A stretch of 64,000 nt of DNA. Source: a cyanobacterium endosymbiont of Rhopalodia gibba. Lineage in GTDB: Bacteria > Cyanobacteriota > Cyanobacteriia > Cyanobacteriales > Microcystaceae. The notes under the pieces were generated by a model. It was not told the DNA's origin. It did no database searches and worked only from the letters and a program-made list of their open reading frames with translations. Location of the stretch: positions 1,792,001-1,856,000 of the forward strand of contig CP067995.1 of NCBI GenBank assembly GCA_045159875.1, in the 5' to 3' direction. Numbering within the stretch: the first letter of the stretch is position 1; every line of letters starts with the position of its first letter. Below are positions 1-11,859 of the stretch, one piece after another. Made by a program: the position numbers and the translations under genes.

Positions 1-150
1 AATGACAAATTAGTAGATAGAATCTTGCTATTCTTTTTTTGAGATAAAACCTATTACTAGAGAGAACTTGACATCTTTAACCCCAGTAATAATGAAGGAT
101 ATCAGGAAAATTGGTAATGATTAACTAGGCTAATTTTTGAGATGTTTATC

Positions 151-190
151 TTTTTGAGGTTGTAATAAAGTTTTGTTACAACCTCAAAAA
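151..190. repeat. Inverted repeat, 15-bp perfect arms
   Basis: TTTTTGAGGTTGTAA-N10-TTACAACCTCAAAAA. Confidence 0.85.
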
Positions 191-486
191 AATCTAGATT
201 ATTTATAGTTAAACTTTAAAAAAAAATAACAATGGTATATTTTTATACCTTAAATGCATATAGAAAGTTTTGACATCAGTGGAAATAAGTTTTCGATAGA
301 ATTCTTAAGTCTTTGAGAAAAAATAGGAAAAGATAAAGATTCAAGAAGTAGATCACAGTTTACTAACTAATTTCATTAGCAAATTCAGCTTTGCTTCCAT
401 ACCTAATACCCTGAAGAAATGGGTTAATTTTTTTAGACAATTCTATTAGTATCACTATATTTTACTTTTAAAAATACTCAAGGACT

Positions 487-3009
487 ATGGCTGATAGGAC
501 GAGAACTTTTATTGCAGCTGAATCGAAACCCCCTTATGACGTAAGATTCTCTTCCGAAGAATGGATTGAGGTATTGGTCGACTGTCCAGGGACACAAGGA
601 TTATATATTTACCATATTCCTCCAGAATTAAACCTGAAACCAGGAGATATCCTGAATGTTCCCTTTGGTTCTCAAATGGTGGGGGGAATTGCTATCCGTC
701 GGGTGAGTTCCCTTCCTCCTGATCTTGATCTGCAACGAGTTCGCAATGTGGAGGATGTAATTACGGCAGAGTTCTTTTCCTCTCGATATTGGAAATTACT
801 TAATCGAGTTGCCCAATATTATTGTACAGATTTGATAAAAGTAGTTCGAGGAGCATTACCACCAGGGTTATTGGGGCGATCACAACGTCGTATTCGTTTA
901 AAATCTGAAATTATACTTCCTGAGGCTGAAACTTTTTGTAGTTCAGTGGCTGGACAAATTTTGAACTTATTGCTGTCACAAAAAGACGGAGATTACAGTA
1001 GTCAGTATTTGCACCGAGAAGTTAGAGAAGCAAGTCGGGGGATACGAGAATTGATCAAACGGGGTTGGATTGAAAGTTATCTCAAACTCCCAAAAAGCAA
1101 TCAACCTAAACGACAAAAGGCTGTTACCTTAGTGGTTGATTGCTTTCCCACAAATTTGACTAAACAACAGTTAGAAGTATTAGAGGTATTGCGTCAACAG
1201 GGTGGGGAATGTTGGTTAACAGAATTAGTTAAACTTTCTAACAGAAGTTCTCAAGTGGTGAAAAAGTTAGAAGAGAAAGGCTGTGTTGTCATTCAATCTC
1301 AAGAAAGATTAAGGTTATTAGAACAGCCTCAATTAAATAGCGATCATCCGAAACCATTAACCATATTTCAAGCAAAAGCCCTAAACATTATTAAAACTCT
1401 AGAAAGCTATGCAGAAATTTTATTACATGGGGTAACAGGTTCAGGAAAAACAGAAGTCTATTTACAAGCGATTGCCCCTTTATTAGAACAAGGTAAATCC
1501 GCCTTAGTTTTAGTTCCTGAAATTGGTTTAACTTCCCAATTAACTGATCAGTTTCGGTCTCGTTTTGGAAACAAAGTTGGTGTTTACCACAGTAATTTAT
1601 CAAAGGGGGAAAGATATGATACTTGGCGACAAATGTTAACAGGAAAACCTCAAGTTGTCATTGGAACCAGATCAGCAATTTTTTCACCATTACCCAATTT
1701 AGGATTAATTATTCTTGACGAAGAACATGATTCTAGTTTCAAACAAAGCCAAATTTCACCCACCTATCACGCCCGTAATGTTGCCTTATGGCGAGGAGAA
1801 ATAGATAATTGTCCAATAATTTTAGGATCAGCCACTCCCTCGTTAGAAACTTGGATAAAAATAGCTAATACGGCTCAAGATACTTCTCTCCCTTTATCTG
1901 TCTCCTCCTCTCCTAGTTCTTACTATTTATCTTTACCAGAAAGAATTCAATCTCGTCCCTTACCTCCGGTAGAAATTGTAGACATGAGACGAGAATTAAG
2001 AGCAGGAAATTTTTCTATTTTTAGTCATTCTTTACAAGACGCTTTAGCCAAACTAGAAAGCTCAAAAAAACAAGGCATTCTGTTTATTAACCGTCGGGGT
2101 CATAGTACTTTTGTTTCCTGTAGGAGTTGCGGTTATGTTTTAGAATGTCCCCATTGTGATGTATCTTTGTCCTACCATTATACTCATGAAGGGGCAGCGG
2201 AATTACTGAGATGCCATTATTGTAATTATAGTCAAAGTCACCCGAGTAAATGTCCTCAATGTAGTTCTCCTTATTTAAAATTCTTTGGCAGTGGAAGCCA
2301 AAAAGTCACCCAAGAATTAACTAAACTGTTTCCTTCTCTACGTCCTTTACGTTTTGATAGTGATACAACAAGAACTAAAGGAGCACATCGTAATTTATTG
2401 ACAAAATTTTCTCAAGGAAAAGCAGATTTATTAGTAGGAACTCAAATGCTAACAAAAGGGTTAGATCTAGCCCAAATAACTTTAGTAGGAGTAATAACGG
2501 CAGATGAACTACTACACTTATCTGATTACAGAGCAGCAGAAAGGACTTTTCAAACTTTAACTCAAGTGGCAGGAAGGGCAGGAAGAGGAAATGATCCTGG
2601 ACGAGTAATTATCCAAACATATTCACCGGAACATCCCGTTATTCAATCAGTCAGTTCCCATGATTATCAAGGCTTTATTAAAACTGAATTACCCCAAAGA
2701 GAGGTATTAGGTTATCCTCCCTACGGACGATTAATTTTAATTAGACTGAGTGGAACAAATAGAATAGAAGTTCAGCAAACTTCTGAAGTATTAGGAGATA
2801 TTTTTCGGGAGCAAGTAGGGAAAAATTGTGAAATTTTAGGTCCTGTCCCAGCGAAGATTATGCGAATAGCTAGACGTTATCGCTGGCATATTTTATTAAA
2901 ATTTAGTCCTAACACTCAAGTAATTATTCCAGATATTAACGAGCTTAAAAAAGTTTGTTTACAATCAGTTTACTTGACATTTGATATTGATCCATTAATA
3001 ATTGATTAA
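487..3009 (+). CDS. priA: Primosomal protein N' (replication restart helicase)
   Basis: 840 aa; Walker A GVTGSGKTEVY, DEEH box, two CxxC pairs (CRSC..CPHC, CHYC..CPQC), QVAGRAGR motif VI. Confidence 0.97.
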   Translation: MADRTRTFIAAESKPPYDVRFSSEEWIEVLVDCPGTQGLYIYHIPPELNLKPGDILNVPFGSQMVGGIAIRRVSSLPPDLDLQRVRNVEDVITAEFFSSRYWKLLNRVAQYYCTDLIKVVRGALPPGLLGRSQRRIRLKSEIILPEAETFCSSVAGQILNLLLSQKDGDYSSQYLHREVREASRGIRELIKRGWIESYLKLPKSNQPKRQKAVTLVVDCFPTNLTKQQLEVLEVLRQQGGECWLTELVKLSNRSSQVVKKLEEKGCVVIQSQERLRLLEQPQLNSDHPKPLTIFQAKALNIIKTLESYAEILLHGVTGSGKTEVYLQAIAPLLEQGKSALVLVPEIGLTSQLTDQFRSRFGNKVGVYHSNLSKGERYDTWRQMLTGKPQVVIGTRSAIFSPLPNLGLIILDEEHDSSFKQSQISPTYHARNVALWRGEIDNCPIILGSATPSLETWIKIANTAQDTSLPLSVSSSPSSYYLSLPERIQSRPLPPVEIVDMRRELRAGNFSIFSHSLQDALAKLESSKKQGILFINRRGHSTFVSCRSCGYVLECPHCDVSLSYHYTHEGAAELLRCHYCNYSQSHPSKCPQCSSPYLKFFGSGSQKVTQELTKLFPSLRPLRFDSDTTRTKGAHRNLLTKFSQGKADLLVGTQMLTKGLDLAQITLVGVITADELLHLSDYRAAERTFQTLTQVAGRAGRGNDPGRVIIQTYSPEHPVIQSVSSHDYQGFIKTELPQREVLGYPPYGRLILIRLSGTNRIEVQQTSEVLGDIFREQVGKNCEILGPVPAKIMRIARRYRWHILLKFSPNTQVIIPDINELKKVCLQSVYLTFDIDPLIID

Positions 3010-3374
3010 ACCAAAAAATCTATAGATAATATTATTTATAAGTAAAAAATAAACTATGGCAACTATAAAATTTAACAAAAAATACTTTACTGTTTACTAG
3101 TGTATTGCCAATGATTTTATCTATCATGTGTCGCCGCTTTAGGATTTTTTATACAAAGGATAAGTGTAATTTTTTTAAAAAAATATTAAAATTTTTAAAA
3201 AAAAAGACGATAAATATGTCCATCTCATGTATTATCTGGTCTTATTTATTATCTAATGATGAACACCTTGAATTACTGATAATCAACAAATAATGACCAC
3301 CATTAGTGTTATGATCTTGACGGCTTTGGTGTACCTGCATAAGAGAGTCTCAATATTGACAAAAATACTTGTTG

Positions 3375-3413
3375 TAAAGCCACAATATTAACATAATTAA
3401 TATTGTGGCTTTA
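3375..3413. repeat. Inverted repeat, 17-bp perfect arms
   Basis: TAAAGCCACAATATTAA-CATAA-TTAATATTGTGGCTTTA. Confidence 0.9.
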
Positions 3414-4275
3414 TTTCCTGAATTTAAGGGAAAATAAAATTTCCACGATGACTATTTTTATTCAAATCAGCTTGTGACTACCTAATTTTTAAAACGATTA
3501 ATTTTTATTAAATTGAATGAAATAAATAGAGAGGTTTAATCCTGATTTTTTTAGAGGTTATTTAAGTAATAATGTACGATATATATCACAAAAAAATAAT
3601 TTTAAATAGCTTTTTTATAAAAACAATTATGCATCACCAGTACTTACAGTAATATTTTATTATTTCATCTTTTATTTGAATTTTAAAAAAACTATTTTAG
3701 GAATTTGTTCAACCTCGAAAGTGTAACCTATAATTTGGATAGTATCTCACAATAAAATACCCCAAAAACTTTAAATAATATTAAATATATAAAATATTTT
3801 TCAGGTTTTATTTTAAAAATAGGGCTCTTTTAGACTTGCGAAAATATTTCAATTAGTTAAGATTAAAAGGTTTATTCTATAAAATTTATTTAAGTAAAAA
3901 ACTAAAAAAAATAATTATTTTAAAACTAATTTAAATGACAAATTAGATAAGAAAAAGTATACTAACAAATAGTTTGTATGAAAAAAATAATTTTAAAATC
4001 AGTTAGTTAATCCCTGAGTACTACGATATATAAGACAAGAAATAAATTAAGTTTAGATAACAAAAAATATCTAAGATGGCTGCTGGTATTTAGCAAATCT
4101 AATTTAAGTACTAGTATTGCTGAGAGTTAATCTAAAATATTTAATGGATTAATTGGCTACTATCTTCTAGTACATAAAGTCTAAAACTATGATAGTTATC
4201 TTGAGTCATTATCTATCATCCAAAACTTACACATACTACAAAACAATAGGAAAGTTAACCGAGAGCTAATTGATA

Positions 4276-4309
4276 TAATTATACTTTTTTATCTAAAAAA
4301 GTATAATTA
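4276..4309. repeat. Inverted repeat, 16-bp perfect arms
   Basis: TAATTATACTTTTTTA-TC-TAAAAAAGTATAATTA. Confidence 0.85.
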
Positions 4310-4791
4310 CTGATAATCTCAGAGAGAATCTAGTATAGATAGATATTGTACTTAAAGTTTTTCCACTAACCTGACTCAATTAAATTGTCAACTGTTATGT
4401 TAAATAACTAGTAATGACTTGCTCGGTTAAGAATTACTATTGTGCTAAACTAACTAAAGTGACAAAAGCATATATAGGAGTCATCAAAACTTTTAAGTTC
4501 AGAAGTAGTGGCTAATTTATGAGAATAAAATAAAAGGAATAGAACTAGAAAGAGTTCAGAGAAGATAAACTGCTAGTAATTTAGATTTTTTACGATTGCT
4601 GACTTCAAATTAAATGAGTATTTTTTAATTTTACTGAATAACTCTTAAATATCAGGGAGTAGACTAAAGACATAATTCAGAATTATGACTAAAAATTGAT
4701 TAACTCAGTCCAATTATCCAGCATATCTGTCAAAAAAAATAATTGACTATCTGTTAATAAAATATTTAGTTTAACCAAAATTTATTAGAAA

Positions 4792-5748
4792 ATGGAAGTA
4801 GAGTTAATCGTAATAGAAAAAAGTGACCGTCTTGATCGTTGGTTATCTCAACATTTAAAAGACATCTCCCGATCACGTCTCCAAAAACTAATTCAACAAG
4901 GGAATGTTCAAGTTAACCATAAAATTTGTACTAATAAAAAAACTAAAGTTAATTTAGGCGATCATCTCCTTATCTCTTTTCCTCCTCCTCAACCATCCAA
5001 TCTTGAACCCGAACCTATTCCCCTTGATATTCTTTACGAAGATGACTCCCTCATTATCATTAACAAACCCGCAGGATTGGTTGTTCATCCAGCCCCTGGA
5101 CATCGCACTAGAACATTAGTCCATGGACTCTTGTATCATTTTCCTAAATTAGCAGGAATTGCCGGAGTACAACGACCAGGGATTGTCCATCGTCTTGATA
5201 AAGATACAACAGGGGCGTTAATGGTAGCAAAAACTGATTATGCCCACCAGCACCTACAAAGTCAACTGAGAACAAAAACAGCGCGACGAGAGTATTTAGG
5301 GGTAGTTTATGGTGTTCTTCATTTTCAGTCACAGGAGAATGTTTCTACTCACGATCAGAAGGAACATGGAACAATTAATTTACCTATTGGCCGTCATCGA
5401 GTTAATCGCAAAAGAATGGCAGTGGTTCCTGTGGAAAAAGGGGGACGCGAGGCGGTTACTCATTGGGAAATGTTAGAAAAGTTAGGGAACTACACGCTAG
5501 TTAAATTTCGCCTAGAAACTGGACGCACCCATCAAATACGAGTTCATAGTAGTTATATTGGTCATCCTATTGTAGGGGATCCACTGTATTCCTCTAAAGG
5601 ATCGGTCGGAGTAAATTTACCAGGTCAGGCTTTACACGCTCATAAGTTGAGTTTAGAACATCCAGTGACAGGAAAGCAAATTGAGGTGGTCGCGCCTCTT
5701 CAAGAGGCTTTTACTAAACTTTTAAACACATTGCGTAAACGATGTTAA
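4792..5748 (+). CDS. rluD: RluA/RluD-family 23S rRNA pseudouridine synthase with N-terminal S4 domain
   Basis: RLDRWL S4 motif, NKPAGLVVHP, HRLDKDTTG catalytic Asp, TGRTHQIRVH, GDPLY. Confidence 0.92.
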   Translation: MEVELIVIEKSDRLDRWLSQHLKDISRSRLQKLIQQGNVQVNHKICTNKKTKVNLGDHLLISFPPPQPSNLEPEPIPLDILYEDDSLIIINKPAGLVVHPAPGHRTRTLVHGLLYHFPKLAGIAGVQRPGIVHRLDKDTTGALMVAKTDYAHQHLQSQLRTKTARREYLGVVYGVLHFQSQENVSTHDQKEHGTINLPIGRHRVNRKRMAVVPVEKGGREAVTHWEMLEKLGNYTLVKFRLETGRTHQIRVHSSYIGHPIVGDPLYSSKGSVGVNLPGQALHAHKLSLEHPVTGKQIEVVAPLQEAFTKLLNTLRKRC

Positions 5749-5939
5749 AACGCTTGATAAAAAACGGTAAAAATTTATTTTTATTTAAAAAAAATAAGCT
5801 AGGTTTTTGAATTAAATATTGAGTAAATTTAGCTATAAAAATACTTTTTGTATAGATAAATCTCTAAATTTAATTTCGTCACTTGACAACTATTTTATTC
5901 TAAAATTCAAAAAATAAAGTTATTTTTTGAACTAGATTT

Positions 5940-6900
5940 AAACGATGAGTAATTAAAGAGGTTACTAAGTCCATTTAATTGCCATTTTCGCGTAGTTCGT
6001 TTAGAGACTCATGACTATGTTAAAATTTTAGAAAATATAGTACTTCAGAGACAAACAGTCTATCGCTTAGTTGAGCAACTAAAAGCACAAAATTTTTTTC
6101 CTGATTCAATTTATAACTATTCAGGATGGGAAGTTGCTTTATTCATTTAAAATGCCTTTCCTAAAGTAAAATTTTTGTACTTTTTTTAATAGTTTTATGA
6201 TGTCTATAAAAGCAATGTAGACTTTAATCCAGAGTATCTCTTAAATAGAAATGATAAAGCCAGAATTAGAATAAAAATTTTTTTATTTTAATGGATTTAT
6301 ATATATTTGTGCTCGTGGTCTATCTTCTACCTATTGACAATGGCAACAATTTCTACCAGAGTTTCAATAAAAAACTACGATCTGTCATGATGGGATTGAT
6401 ATTAAGTTTTAAAAGCCAAAACATAAATTCTGGATTTATTAGAAGCAGATGAAATTATTACTTATGTAGCGAGAGGAATGGAACCCTGTCGCGGGTTTCC
6501 TCTGTTTATGGAAACTGTCACCATTTTACAGAAACGACAACCCAATTGTAATACGGTTGTTGTGGGACGAGATATAGTGGCTTATGGGCGATCACTCCCA
6601 GATGGAAAGACCTGTAAACAATTAATTTTAGAAACTTTTTCTTTAGACTTATCACGCCTTCATTTTACGGGATGGCTAGTCTATTAGCACTATTGCAAAG
6701 TGTTCCAAGTATCCTCCCTTCATAGCTACTTGACCTTTCTTTTTGTTCTGTCTTGGTCAATGTTAGAAGTCATTTCTACCGGATGTTTAATTATCGGTTC
6801 AGATACTGCCCCATTAAAGAAATAATTGAGGATAGCCTTAATTGATTATTAGTTAATTTTTTTTACTTAAAATTATTAATAATGGTGTAAAAGAGATATT
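5940..6900 (+). pseudogene. Family-4 glycosyltransferase pseudogene
   Basis: Manual translation gives fragments ETHDYVKILENIVLQRQTVYRL..FFPDSIYNYSGW..F.*NAFPK, TYVARGMEPCRGFPLFME, VLSWSMLE..STGCLIIGSDTAP, with several stops and frameshifts. Boundaries approximate. Confidence 0.85.
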
Positions 6901-7265
6901 ACATTATCCTAATCAATAGCGTTTGTACAAGTTAAAACTAGTAAACTATATCTAAAAATGATTCAATGCAATTACTTTATAGTCCTAGTTGAGGGTCTAA
7001 AAAAATATAAAATACTTTGCAGCAAGTCTCTAAAATTTCTCTCTAACAAAGCTAAAATTTTAAATATAAATCCTGAATAAAGTAATGTCCATAGTGTCTA
7101 AAAATATTAGAGATATAGACCATAAAACTAGACACAGAAAGTTTTTGAAGAGCATAGAGGTTAAAGATTTACAAAGAATACTGTTTGAGTCAACAGATAA
7201 ACAGCACACTGAAGCAAAGACATAAAGTTAAAGTTACTCCAGTCAATAGGTGTGGAAAAAATATT

Positions 7266-8608
7266 ATGAGTATCGCCACAATCAACCCAACAACAGAAAA
7301 CCCCTTAAAAACCTTTGAACCACTGACAGACTCAGAAATTAAAGCCAAACTTGCACTAGCGGATAAAACCTTTAAAGGGTATCGTCAAACGATAATGGCA
7401 CAACGAAGTTGATGCTTAAACAACTCGGCTGACATCCTAGAAAAGGACTATCGTAAATTTGCCAAATTTATAACCATGGAAATGGGTAAATCTCTCAAAG
7501 AGGCCATGTCCGAAACTCAAAAATATGCTTTTTTTTGCTGTTTTTATACTGAAAATACCCTTAATTTCTTAAAGATGTTCCAGTAACTACCGATGCTAGT
7601 CTTAGCCTTCTTTGCTATCAACTTCTGGGGATAATTTTAGCAGTTATGCCCTGAAATTTTTCTTCCTGACAAGACTTTCCCTTTCCGGCGCCCGCGTTAA
7701 TGGGAGGTAATGTAGGTCCTCATAAACATGCTTCCAACGTCCCTCAATAAACCTTAGCCATTGAAGTAATTTGAAAAGCTGCCAAATTTCCGGCAGAGGC
7801 ATTTCAAAGCTTCTTAATAGGGGCTTCTCAGCTCGAGTCCGTTCCGTTATAGCTGATGAGCGCGTTAAAGCGGGAATCTTAACTGGAAATGAATCAGCTG
7901 GAACTAGTTTTGTATCTACAGCTGGCAAAAATATAAAAAACCCGTATTGGAATTGGGAGGAGCGATCTCTTCATTATCTTAGACAGTACCGATATTGAAT
8001 CGGCTGCTACTGCTGCGGAATCGTGTATTGCCGCAAAAAGCTTGATCCTAGTCGAGTTAGTAGCTGATCGTTTTGAATAACTTTTAGTAGAAAAATTTTA
8101 AACCCTGAAAATAGGTGATCCCATGTCAGAAGAAATAGACGTTGGTCCTTTAGTCATTCCTAGAATTCTTCAAAATATTGATCAACAAGTCCAAGAAACC
8201 GTAACAAAAGAGGCTAAAATTTTAGTGTGTGGCCAACCTGATCACGATTGTACTGGAAACTTTTATCCTCCAACTATTTTAAAAGACATTCCTGTAGATT
8301 CTCCCGGTTATAGTGATGAATTTTTTGTCCCTGTTGCATTGCTCTTTCAGGTTGAAAATATCGACGAAGCTATTGAATTAGCTAACAGTACCATTTTAAA
8401 TTGAGAAGCTAGTGGTTGAACTAACAATCCTGCAGAACAAGAAAGATTAGTCGAAAAGATTGAAGCTGGATACGTCTTTATCAATGGACTTGTCAAATTT
8501 GACCCTCGTTTGCCGTTTGTGGGCATCAAGCGATCAGGTTACGGACGAGAATTAAGTATCCAAGGTATTCGAGAATTTGTTAACGTAAAGACTATTTAGA
8601 TTAAGTAA
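7266..8608 (+). pseudogene. gabD: Succinate-semialdehyde dehydrogenase pseudogene (SsaD/GabD type)
   Basis: Starts MSIATINPTT..KTFEPLT; later fragments [54 protein letters not shown]. Broken into several short ORFs with in-frame stops. Confidence 0.9.
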
Positions 8609-8784
8609 TTAATGTGGTCACACTGAGCAGTTTACCTCAAGTATCTTTAGATAGTTTAGATACAAATTCCACTATTATAAAGTCCGAAGGAAACTATTAA
8701 AAGATATCTCCCCTTCAGGAAAAACTGCCCAGACCCAGAGCTCACTCATATTAAAATGATTTATCAATCTCGGGGATAGAAATT

Positions 8785-10468
8785 ATGGGGGGACCAACAA
8801 CAGCTCAATTACTGGTTGAATGTCTAGATAATGAGGGAGTAGAATACATTTTTGGACTTCCTGGGGAAGAAAATCTTCATGTTCTCGAAGCATTGAAGCA
8901 TTCTTCGATTAAATTTATCACCACTCGTCATGAACAAGGAGCAGCCTTCATGGCTGACATCTATGGCCGATTGACGGGAAATCCAGGGGTGTGTTTATCC
9001 ACTCTTGGTCCAAGAGCAACCAATTTGATGACAGGACAGGAGTAGCTGATGCTAACCTCGATGGCGCGCCATTAGTAGCTATCACAGGACAGGTGGGAAC
9101 TGATCGTATGCACACTGAGTCTCATCAGTACTTAGATTTAGTAGTCATGTTTGCTCCAGTAACCAAATGGAATAAACAAATTGTTCGTCCTAGTATTACG
9201 CCTGAGATTACTAGAAAAGCATTTAAAATCGCTAAAAATGGAAAACCGGGGCAGTTCACATTGATTTACCGGACAATATTGCTGCGATGCCCGCTTTTGG
9301 TGCTCCTATTAAGCGGAATGGTCAAGAAAAAACCTACGCTTCTTATCGTAGTTTGAATGCAGCGGCTCTGGCCATTTATAAAGCCAAAAACCCCTTAATT
9401 TTGGTAGGGAATGAAACCATTCGCGCCCAGTCCAGTAAAGCGTTAACGGAATTTATCACTACCTTGAATATTCCAGTGGTCAATACCTTGATGGGCAAAG
9501 GGGCACTTCCTTATACTCATCCCTTGGCCTTATGGACTTTAGGGTTACAGCAACGGGATTTAATTAGTTATGCCTTTGAAAAGTGCAGCTTAGTGATCGC
9601 TGTAGGGTACGACCTAATTGAATATTCTCCTAAAACATGGAACCCTGAGAGGACAACTCCCATTATCCACATCGGCATGGAAACGGCTGAAATTGATAGC
9701 AGTTATATTCCTTTAGTAGAAGTGGTCGGTGATATTTCTGATTCCTTGATGGATATTCTCTAACGGGCTGATCGCCAAGGAAAATCAACAGGGATTTGGA
9801 CAAGTTTACGAAAAGAAATTGTCGCTGACTATAAACAAAACAGTATGCTTATGATGAAGAGTATCCCATTAAACCACAAAAGATTATTTATGATCTACGT
9901 CAGGTAATGGAATGGGTCCAGAAGATATTAGAATTTCTGATGTGGGAGCGCATAAAATGTGGATTGCTCGCCATTACCACTGTGATACTCCAAATACCTG
10001 TTTAATTTCTAACGGATTTGCTGCCATGGAAATCGCTATTCCGGGGGCAAATAGCAGCTAAATTTTACCCTGATAAGAAGGTAAGTAGCCGTGACAGGAG
10101 ACGGCAGGTTTATGATGAATTGTCAGGAATTAGAAACCGCTTTACGAGTCGGAACTTCCTTTGTCACCTTGATTTTTAACAACAATGCTCATGGGTTAAT
10201 TGAATGGAAACAACTTAACCAGTTTGGAGAATCAGTCTTTATTAGATTTAGCAATCCTGATTTTGTTAAATTTACTGAAAGTATGGGATTAAAGGGATAT
10301 CGAGTTGAGTCGGCAACCGACTTAATTCCTACTTTAAAGACTGCTTTAGAACAAGATGTTCGCGCAGCTATTGATTGTCCCGTTGATTATGGTGAAAATA
10401 TCCGTTTCTCCCAAAAGTCAGGAGATTTAAAATGTAGAGTGGGCATAGCCTATTCGAGAAGAGATTAA
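8785..10468 (+). pseudogene. ogdA: Acetolactate-synthase-like ThDP enzyme pseudogene; in this context the cyanobacterial 2-oxoglutarate decarboxylase
   Basis: Fragments IFGLPGEEN, RHEQGAAFMA, ITGQV, DVGAHKMWIARHY, TGDGRFMMNCQELETA; split over at least 4 ORFs; directly downstream of the SSADH pseudogene. Confidence 0.85.
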
Positions 10469-10505
10469 AAATCGCGATTTTTTCAGTAAAATACACCAAG
10501 CTGTT

Positions 10506-11063
10506 ATGATCAAATCACTTAATGAGTCCACCCACTATTACAAATGATCGCCTTATTTTTCGTCAAGAAATTTTAGGGTCTTGCCGCTTCAGTAATATTT
10601 GGTGGAGAATAGCAGCCTCAGCAAGAAAATTGATGTTTTTTCAGCTGAACTGTTGAGCTATTCCAAGATCAACCTTCTCGTCGTTAGAGACACAAGTGGA
10701 CTTCAATTTATCTTTCAAGGAATAGCTCTTCTATTCTATGGAATGGAATTGACTATGTCTCTGCTCTACCATCATTTTAAACATCGGAGAAGGCTATGCC
10801 GAATTCAATAGGGAAACGGGGAAATTAACTATATTTCACTGGGAGTTTCCTGGGAAAAACATCGTATCGAATTCAAAGATGTCCAAGCTATACGGACTGA
10901 TATAAAATAAGGGTTAAATGTCAAACAAAAACTCTATGTACGGCTGAAGCAATATAGAAAAGTTTTCCTGACTCGCACAGGACGATCCATCTTACTTTTA
11001 AGACTGGAAAACCAAGAGGCTAAATTGGCTGATTTGGGGTGGGTTCTCCTCTAGGACTTATAA
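10506..11063 (+). pseudogene. ycf4: Photosystem I assembly protein Ycf4 pseudogene
   Basis: Fragments RQEILGSCRFSNIWW, FIFQGIALLFYG, WEFPGKNI, DVQAIRTDIK*GLN, LTRTGRSI..LENQEAKLA; stops and frameshifts; sits upstream of a cyclophilin as in many cyanobacteria. Confidence 0.88.
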
Positions 11064-11094
11064 TAATTGCCAACCCTAGCATTAGAAAATTGAA

Positions 11095-11838
11095 ATGAAA
11101 AAATTACTACAGCGTTGGTCAACTATCTTAGCTTGTTTAGTTTTAGTTGGCAGTTTACTCTTAACGGGATGTTCTAGCCCGTCGGCAACTTCTTCTAATA
11201 CCAATACTAGCGAAAACTCAACTCAATCAATGCTAACTGGTGAAGGGAATCAATTGGATATGGACAATCATGTCCCTAGACTCGAAGGCAAAGCAATAGT
11301 AGAAATGATTATCAATGGCTCTCCCGTTAAAATTGAAGTCAATGGAAAAGATGCTCCCATCACCGCCGGAAATTTCGTTGATTTGGTTAACCGCGGCTTT
11401 TACAATGGATTAACTTTCCATCGGGTAGTTAAAGAACCCCAACCTTTTGTCGCTCAAGGAGGAGATCCCCAAGGAACTGGAACTGGCAGTTTTGTTGATC
11501 CTGATACAAAGAAAACTCGTTATGTTCCCCTTGAAATTAAGTTAGAAGGAGATGAAAAACCTATCTATGGTAGGACTTTAGGTCGACAAGGAGCTTCTGT
11601 CAAAAAAACTGTAGTTCTGCCCCATACCCGTGGCGCTGTAGCCATGGCTCGATCTCAGATGCCTAATACTGCCTCTTCCCAATTCTATTTTGCTCTGTCA
11701 GATTTAACTTTTCTTGATGGAGACTATGCTGTATTTGCTTATGTCACTGAAGGAATGGCTACTGTGGATAGCCTTCAACAGGGAGATCATATTAATTCAG
11801 CTAAAGTAATTTTTGGATTAGAAAACCTAAAACAATAA
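11095..11838 (+). CDS. Cyclophilin-type peptidyl-prolyl cis-trans isomerase, probable lipoprotein
   Basis: Lipobox [52 protein letters not shown]. Confidence 0.95.
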   Translation: MKKLLQRWSTILACLVLVGSLLLTGCSSPSATSSNTNTSENSTQSMLTGEGNQLDMDNHVPRLEGKAIVEMIINGSPVKIEVNGKDAPITAGNFVDLVNRGFYNGLTFHRVVKEPQPFVAQGGDPQGTGTGSFVDPDTKKTRYVPLEIKLEGDEKPIYGRTLGRQGASVKKTVVLPHTRGAVAMARSQMPNTASSQFYFALSDLTFLDGDYAVFAYVTEGMATVDSLQQGDHINSAKVIFGLENLKQ

Positions 11839-11859
11839 TTTCTAGAAGTTTAATACTAA

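Noticed and set aside
3105..3293. 62-aa ORF after priA
   Set aside because: Low-complexity K/F/I-rich translation of AT-rich spacer.
8785..10468. Programmed frameshifting or split-gene expression of the ALS-like gene
   Set aside because: Too many independent lesions plus an in-frame stop; simple decay explains it.
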